NCBI GenBank assembly: GCA_964544585.1
Contig: CAZJBV010000002.1
Coordinates: forward strand, 67,468 to 131,467
Length of the DNA stretch: 64,000 nt
Source of the DNA: an uncultured Gammaproteobacteria bacterium
GTDB taxonomy: Bacteria > Patescibacteriota > Microgenomatia > 2-02-FULL-39-11
Direction of reading: 5' to 3'
The first letter of the stretch is position 1. Each line of letters opens with the position of its first letter. The notes below the pieces were generated by a model that was not told the DNA's origin, ran no database searches, and worked only from the letters and a program-made list of their open reading frames with translations. Positions 60,866-64,000 of this stretch are shown one piece after another. The translations under genes were made by a program, and so were the position numbers.

Positions 60866-61347
60866 TCGTCAAACTCAAAAAATTTAATGTCGTCATCGTC
60901 ATTATTGTTCTCATTGTCTTAATTATTCTAGCACTCATTATAAAAACTATTACGACCCCTAGAAGCTCATCAGACGAAGATATCACTCCTACTCCAATAG
61001 AAGCCCTTCCCACTATAGATGAAAATTCTGTTGACGTTTCGCTAGATTTTGTCGACAACAATCGCGCCATGATCCTATCAATTAAAAACATTCCCGATGC
61101 TACAGAATCAATTGACTATGAAGTCTCATATACAACAGGAGAAGGGATTCCTAAAGGCAATATTGGTACCATTCGCCTCAAGGCATCCCAAAAAGAAGTT
61201 GAAAGAAGGGGTGAAGAATTGACTCTCGGCACCTGCTCCCGCGGCCGCTGTGTTTACTATCAGGGCGTCGATAATGTAAATTTAAGCCTCAAATTCAATT
61301 TTTCCAACGGCTCCTCCGCCATCTTCCAAAAAGAATATTCTCCCTAA
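60862..61347 (+). CDS. hypothetical membrane-anchored protein
   Basis: 161-aa ORF with an N-terminal TM anchor and a soluble domain of unknown function. Confidence 0.5.
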   Translation: MIVKLKKFNVVIVIIVLIVLIILALIIKTITTPRSSSDEDITPTPIEALPTIDENSVDVSLDFVDNNRAMILSIKNIPDATESIDYEVSYTTGEGIPKGNIGTIRLKASQKEVERRGEELTLGTCSRGRCVYYQGVDNVNLSLKFNFSNGSSAIFQKEYSP

Positions 61348-61413
61348 ATTCATAATTCATACTTTATAATTTTAAAGCCCTATCTGTAGTGCTCTAAAGC
61401 AAGCTTTAACCCC

Positions 61414-61442
61414 TTGACATCGGCCTAAAATTGGTTCATCAT
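61414..61442 (+). promoter_or_regulatory. candidate sigma70-type promoter for mraZ (TTGACA, 17-bp spacer, weak -10 CATCAT)
   Basis: TTGACA at 61414-61419 and CATCAT at 61437-61442. A TATAAT is also present at 61368-61373. Confidence 0.3.
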
Positions 61443-61466
61443 GGTGTAAGATGGTGAAAATTGGTT
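61431..61466 (+). promoter_or_regulatory. putative MraZ operator: four direct repeats (TTGGTT, ATGGTG, ATGGTG, TTGGTT) at exact 10-bp phasing
   Basis: Direct repeats at 61431, 61441, 61451 and 61461, 40-70 bp upstream of mraZ. MraZ proteins are known to bind phased short direct repeats upstream of their own gene. Confidence 0.6.
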
Positions 61467-61503
61467 AGAATAGTAGAATTTAAAGGCATTTTAATAGCGG
61501 GAT

Positions 61504-61899
61504 ATGTTTTTAGGTACATACGAGCACAATTTAATGGAGGAGGGGAGAATTGCCCTTCCTAAAAAATTAAGAAATGCACTAGGTGGACAAAGATTAATAG
61601 TCAGAATCGGTCTAGAACCATGTATCGTAGGGTTTAGAGAATCGGACTGGATAGAAAACACAAAAGGAGAGCTGGCAAGACCATTTTTTTCTGACAAAGA
61701 AGGGAGGGATATCAGAAGAAAAATATTCTCAGACGCCGAGTATGCAGAATTGGATAATCAAGGCAGGTTTGTCCTGCCGCGATCAATGATAAATCACGCC
61801 AGAATAAGAGATAAAGTTACGATAATTGGAGCCGGTGATCACTTTGAGATTTGGGAGACAAAAATTTGGCAAGCATATCAAAAGGGTTTGACCAATTAA
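61504..61899 (+). CDS. mraZ: transcriptional regulator MraZ
   Basis: 'MFLGTYEHNLMEEGRIALPKKLR' and a duplicated MraZ domain. Confidence 0.85.
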   Translation: MFLGTYEHNLMEEGRIALPKKLRNALGGQRLIVRIGLEPCIVGFRESDWIENTKGELARPFFSDKEGRDIRRKIFSDAEYAELDNQGRFVLPRSMINHARIRDKVTIIGAGDHFEIWETKIWQAYQKGLTN

Positions 61900-61917
61900 T
61901 TTCGGATTTCACTGCCT

Positions 61918-62829
61918 ATGATCCGAAATGAAAACGAATTTCATACTCCCGTCTTACTCTCACAGGTGATTGTCGGCCTCAATATAAAAAAAGGTGGCCT
62001 TTATATAGATGCCACAATCGGAGGGGGAGGTCACACAAGAGAAATATTGCAACTTGAAGGAAAAGTATTAGGCATTGATCAAGATCCAAACGCCGTTGAA
62101 TATGTAAAAGATCATATTCAAAATCCAAATCTCCTCCTCCAAGTGGGCAATTTTAGAGATATAAAAGAAATTGCCCAAAAATTTGGCTTTAATAAAGTAG
62201 ACGGAATTTTATTTGACCTTGGCATATCGAGCTATCAGTTAGACAAGGGTAGTAAGGGATTTTCCTTTCTCAAAGATGAACCGCTCGATATGCGGATGGA
62301 TAAAAGAAGTTGGCCCGTAACAGCTGAGAAAGTGGTAAATAAATATTCTGTGAGTGAGCTTTATGACATATTTACGTTATTTGCTGAGGAAATCGATTCT
62401 CGGGATGTTTCTAAAAATATTGTTCGCGCCCGTAAAATAAAGCCGATAAAAACCACGGCAGATTTAGTTTCGGCCGCAGGTCTGGATCTAGCTAAGATTG
62501 AAGATATCGGCAAAGCTGCGCGCATTTTTCAAGCAGTGAGAATCGAGGTGAACCAGGAGTTAGAAAATTTAAAAAGGGCTATCCCAGAGGCAACGGCTCT
62601 ATTAGTTAGGGGCGGAAGATTGTTATTTATCAGCTTTCATTCCCTGGAAGATAGAATCATCAAGTTACAAATGAGAAAGGCCATGCCTGCCGGCAGGCAG
62701 GGCCTGCCTGCCGGTAGGCAGGAAAAAATTCAGGAACTGACAAAAAAACCAATAGTTCCAGATGAAAAAGAACAAAGGATAAACCCGAGATCAAGATCGG
62801 CCAAATTAAGAATCTATGAGAAAATATAG
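61918..62829 (+). CDS. rsmH: 16S rRNA (cytosine1402-N4)-methyltransferase RsmH, with an in-frame GC-rich palindromic insertion near the C-terminus
   Basis: 'HTPVLL', 'YIDATIGGGGH', 'FDLGISSYQLD' and 'LDMRMD'. The extra 'AMPAGRQGLPAGRQ' is encoded by repeat 62685-62722. Confidence 0.9.
   Translation: MIRNENEFHTPVLLSQVIVGLNIKKGGLYIDATIGGGGHTREILQLEGKVLGIDQDPNAVEYVKDHIQNPNLLLQVGNFRDIKEIAQKFGFNKVDGILFDLGISSYQLDKGSKGFSFLKDEPLDMRMDKRSWPVTAEKVVNKYSVSELYDIFTLFAEEIDSRDVSKNIVRARKIKPIKTTADLVSAAGLDLAKIEDIGKAARIFQAVRIEVNQELENLKRAIPEATALLVRGGRLLFISFHSLEDRIIKLQMRKAMPAGRQGLPAGRQEKIQELTKKPIVPDEKEQRINPRSRSAKLRIYEKI
62685..62722. repeat. GC-rich palindromic element A4 (tandem double core), in-frame in rsmH
   Basis: gcctgccggcaggcagggcctgcctgccggtaggcagg. 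Confidence 0.8.
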
Positions 62830-63142
62830 CGACAAAGAAAAAGAAATAAAAAGAAGATCCCTATTACCTATAGTATTAATAATAATGGTAGTCGTTCTTG
62901 CCGTGGTACAGATGTTTATTCTCAATAGTCTTGCCACTAAAGGAGCAAAACTGACCAAAACAGAAAAAGAAGTAGAAAAGATTGCCAAAGAGAATGAACT
63001 ATTTCAGGCCAAAGTCGCTTCCTCATCATCAATGACTACAATTTTTGCCCGCGCCAAACTGCTTGGTCTTGTTAATTCTCCCGAAACCAGATCCCTGACA
63101 TCTCCTCTACCGGTAGCCCAAATTGATAAGGTCTTCAATTGA
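62816..63142 (+). CDS. ftsL: cell division protein FtsL-like (TM plus coiled coil)
   Basis: 108 aa with a single TM and a charged helical tail, placed between rsmH and ftsI. Confidence 0.55.
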   Translation: MRKYSDKEKEIKRRSLLPIVLIIMVVVLAVVQMFILNSLATKGAKLTKTEKEVEKIAKENELFQAKVASSSSMTTIFARAKLLGLVNSPETRSLTSPLPVAQIDKVFN

Positions 63143-64000
63143 TGATGGAGAGACGAATTCGTTTAATTTTTATCTTCTTTATTCTCATTTTTATATTCAT
63201 CCTTCTTAAACTTTTCTACTGGCAAATTTTTATGTCCGATGAATTCGGAGGAGAAGCGGTAAATCAAAGAACTCGTACATTAAAGATTCCAAGTCAAAGA
63301 GGGACAATCATGTCTTCCTTCGAAACTTCAATTATCTCAAATGAAAGGGCTTATCTTCTCTATGCCGAACCAAAAAAAGTAGATGACCCAATTTTATTGA
63401 GACAAAAGTTGGCCGAACTTCTCGAGGTTGATGAGGCCTCAATAAGTAGTAATCTGGGCGACAAGAAAAAAGCCTGGGTATCAGTATGGAGAAAAGTTCC
63501 CGAGGGAAAAAAGGATAAAATCGAAAGCCAAAATCTTCAGGGAGTAGGTTTTGAGGAAGAATCAATTAGATTCTATCCCGAATCTTCCATGGCAGCTCAC
63601 CTTATGGGTTTTGTCGGTCTTGATGCCAAAGGCGATGACAAAGGCTATTTTGGCCTCGAAGGCTATTACGATAGACAATTAAGAGGAAGAGATGGCATCT
63701 TAAAGCAGGAAACAGACGCTTTTGGCCTTCCTATCCTTATGGGACTGCAAAATCGCCTAGAACCAATAGACGGCCGCTCCCTAATTCTTCATTTGGATAA
63801 AAGCGTCCAGTTTATTATCGAGGAAAAGCTTAAAAAGGCGCTAGAAAAATACGAGGCTAAAGGAGGTTGGGTAATAGTCATGGACCCCAAAACAGGCGGC
63901 ATACTTGGCATGGCCTCCTATCCCAATTATGACCCGAAAAATTATACCAGTTTTGAAAGTTTTCTCTATAAAAATCCAGTGGTGGCAGAAACCTACGAAC
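63142..64000 (+). CDS. ftsI: peptidoglycan D,D-transpeptidase FtsI (PBP), N-terminal part; continues beyond the window
   Basis: Frame 1 is open from the ATG at 63142 to the window end. It has an N-terminal TM, 'RGTI', and a PBP dimerisation domain ('LHLDKSVQFIIEE', 'GGWVIVMDPKTGGILGMAS'). Not in the ORF track because there is no stop in the window. Confidence 0.8.
   Translation, partial: MMERRIRLIFIFFILIFIFILLKLFYWQIFMSDEFGGEAVNQRTRTLKIPSQRGTIMSSFETSIISNERAYLLYAEPKKVDDPILLRQKLAELLEVDEASISSNLGDKKKAWVSVWRKVPEGKKDKIESQNLQGVGFEEESIRFYPESSMAAHLMGFVGLDAKGDDKGYFGLEGYYDRQLRGRDGILKQETDAFGLPILMGLQNRLEPIDGRSLILHLDKSVQFIIEEKLKKALEKYEAKGGWVIVMDPKTGGILGMASYPNYDPKNYTSFESFLYKNPVVAETYE

Noticed and set aside
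1-64000. Alternative genetic code (UGA=Gly, code 25) as in some CPR lineages
   Set aside because: Long conserved genes terminate cleanly at TGA (for example ftsL at 63140-63142), and no in-frame TGA occurs within recognisable domains. The standard bacterial code fits.
1-64000. CRISPR arrays, tRNA/rRNA genes, transposases or integrases
   Set aside because: No regularly spaced direct repeats of 25-40 bp were seen. Intergenic spaces are all under 160 bp, too small for tRNA or rRNA. No ORF has transposase or integrase motifs. The only repeats are the short GC-rich palindromes reported above.

Overview
This AT-rich (~35% GC) bacterial window uses the standard genetic code (TGA is a stop) and is almost entirely a single, very large + strand cell-surface glycan biosynthesis locus of about 55 kb, running into the start of the dcw cell-division cluster. 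Gene content (DUF4012 protein, short RecO, dimeric-type GlyRS, about 10 GT-C membrane glycosyltransferases) suggests a Patescibacteria/CPR-like organism, but that is inference only. The locus encodes a monotopic initiating phosphoglycosyltransferase, a Wzx flippase and a Wzy_C (O-antigen-ligase-like)/GT-C fusion protein. It also carries many GT2/GT4 glycosyltransferases, about 10 ArnT/PMT-like GT-C membrane proteins, five methyltransferases (three of them FkbM-type), an LbH acetyltransferase and a NeuB/NeuA nonulosonic-acid module with an SDR, aldehyde dehydrogenase and transketolase embedded in it. A GT11 alpha-1,2- and a GT10 alpha-1,3/4-fucosyltransferase sit side by side, and a GDP-mannose pyrophosphorylase-like nucleotidyltransferase is also present. 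Downstream are recO, glyQS, mraZ (preceded by four 10-bp-phased direct repeats), rsmH, ftsL and the 5' part of ftsI. The most unusual feature is a family of short GC-rich nested palindromic elements in seven copies. Their outer arms are CACCTnnGAGG/CCTCnnAGGTG and their core is CCTGCC..GGCAGG. Several copies lie in-frame inside coding sequences (the SDR, a GT2, a GT4 C-terminus, a hypothetical protein and even rsmH), resembling Rickettsia palindromic elements. No tRNA, rRNA or CRISPR array was seen.
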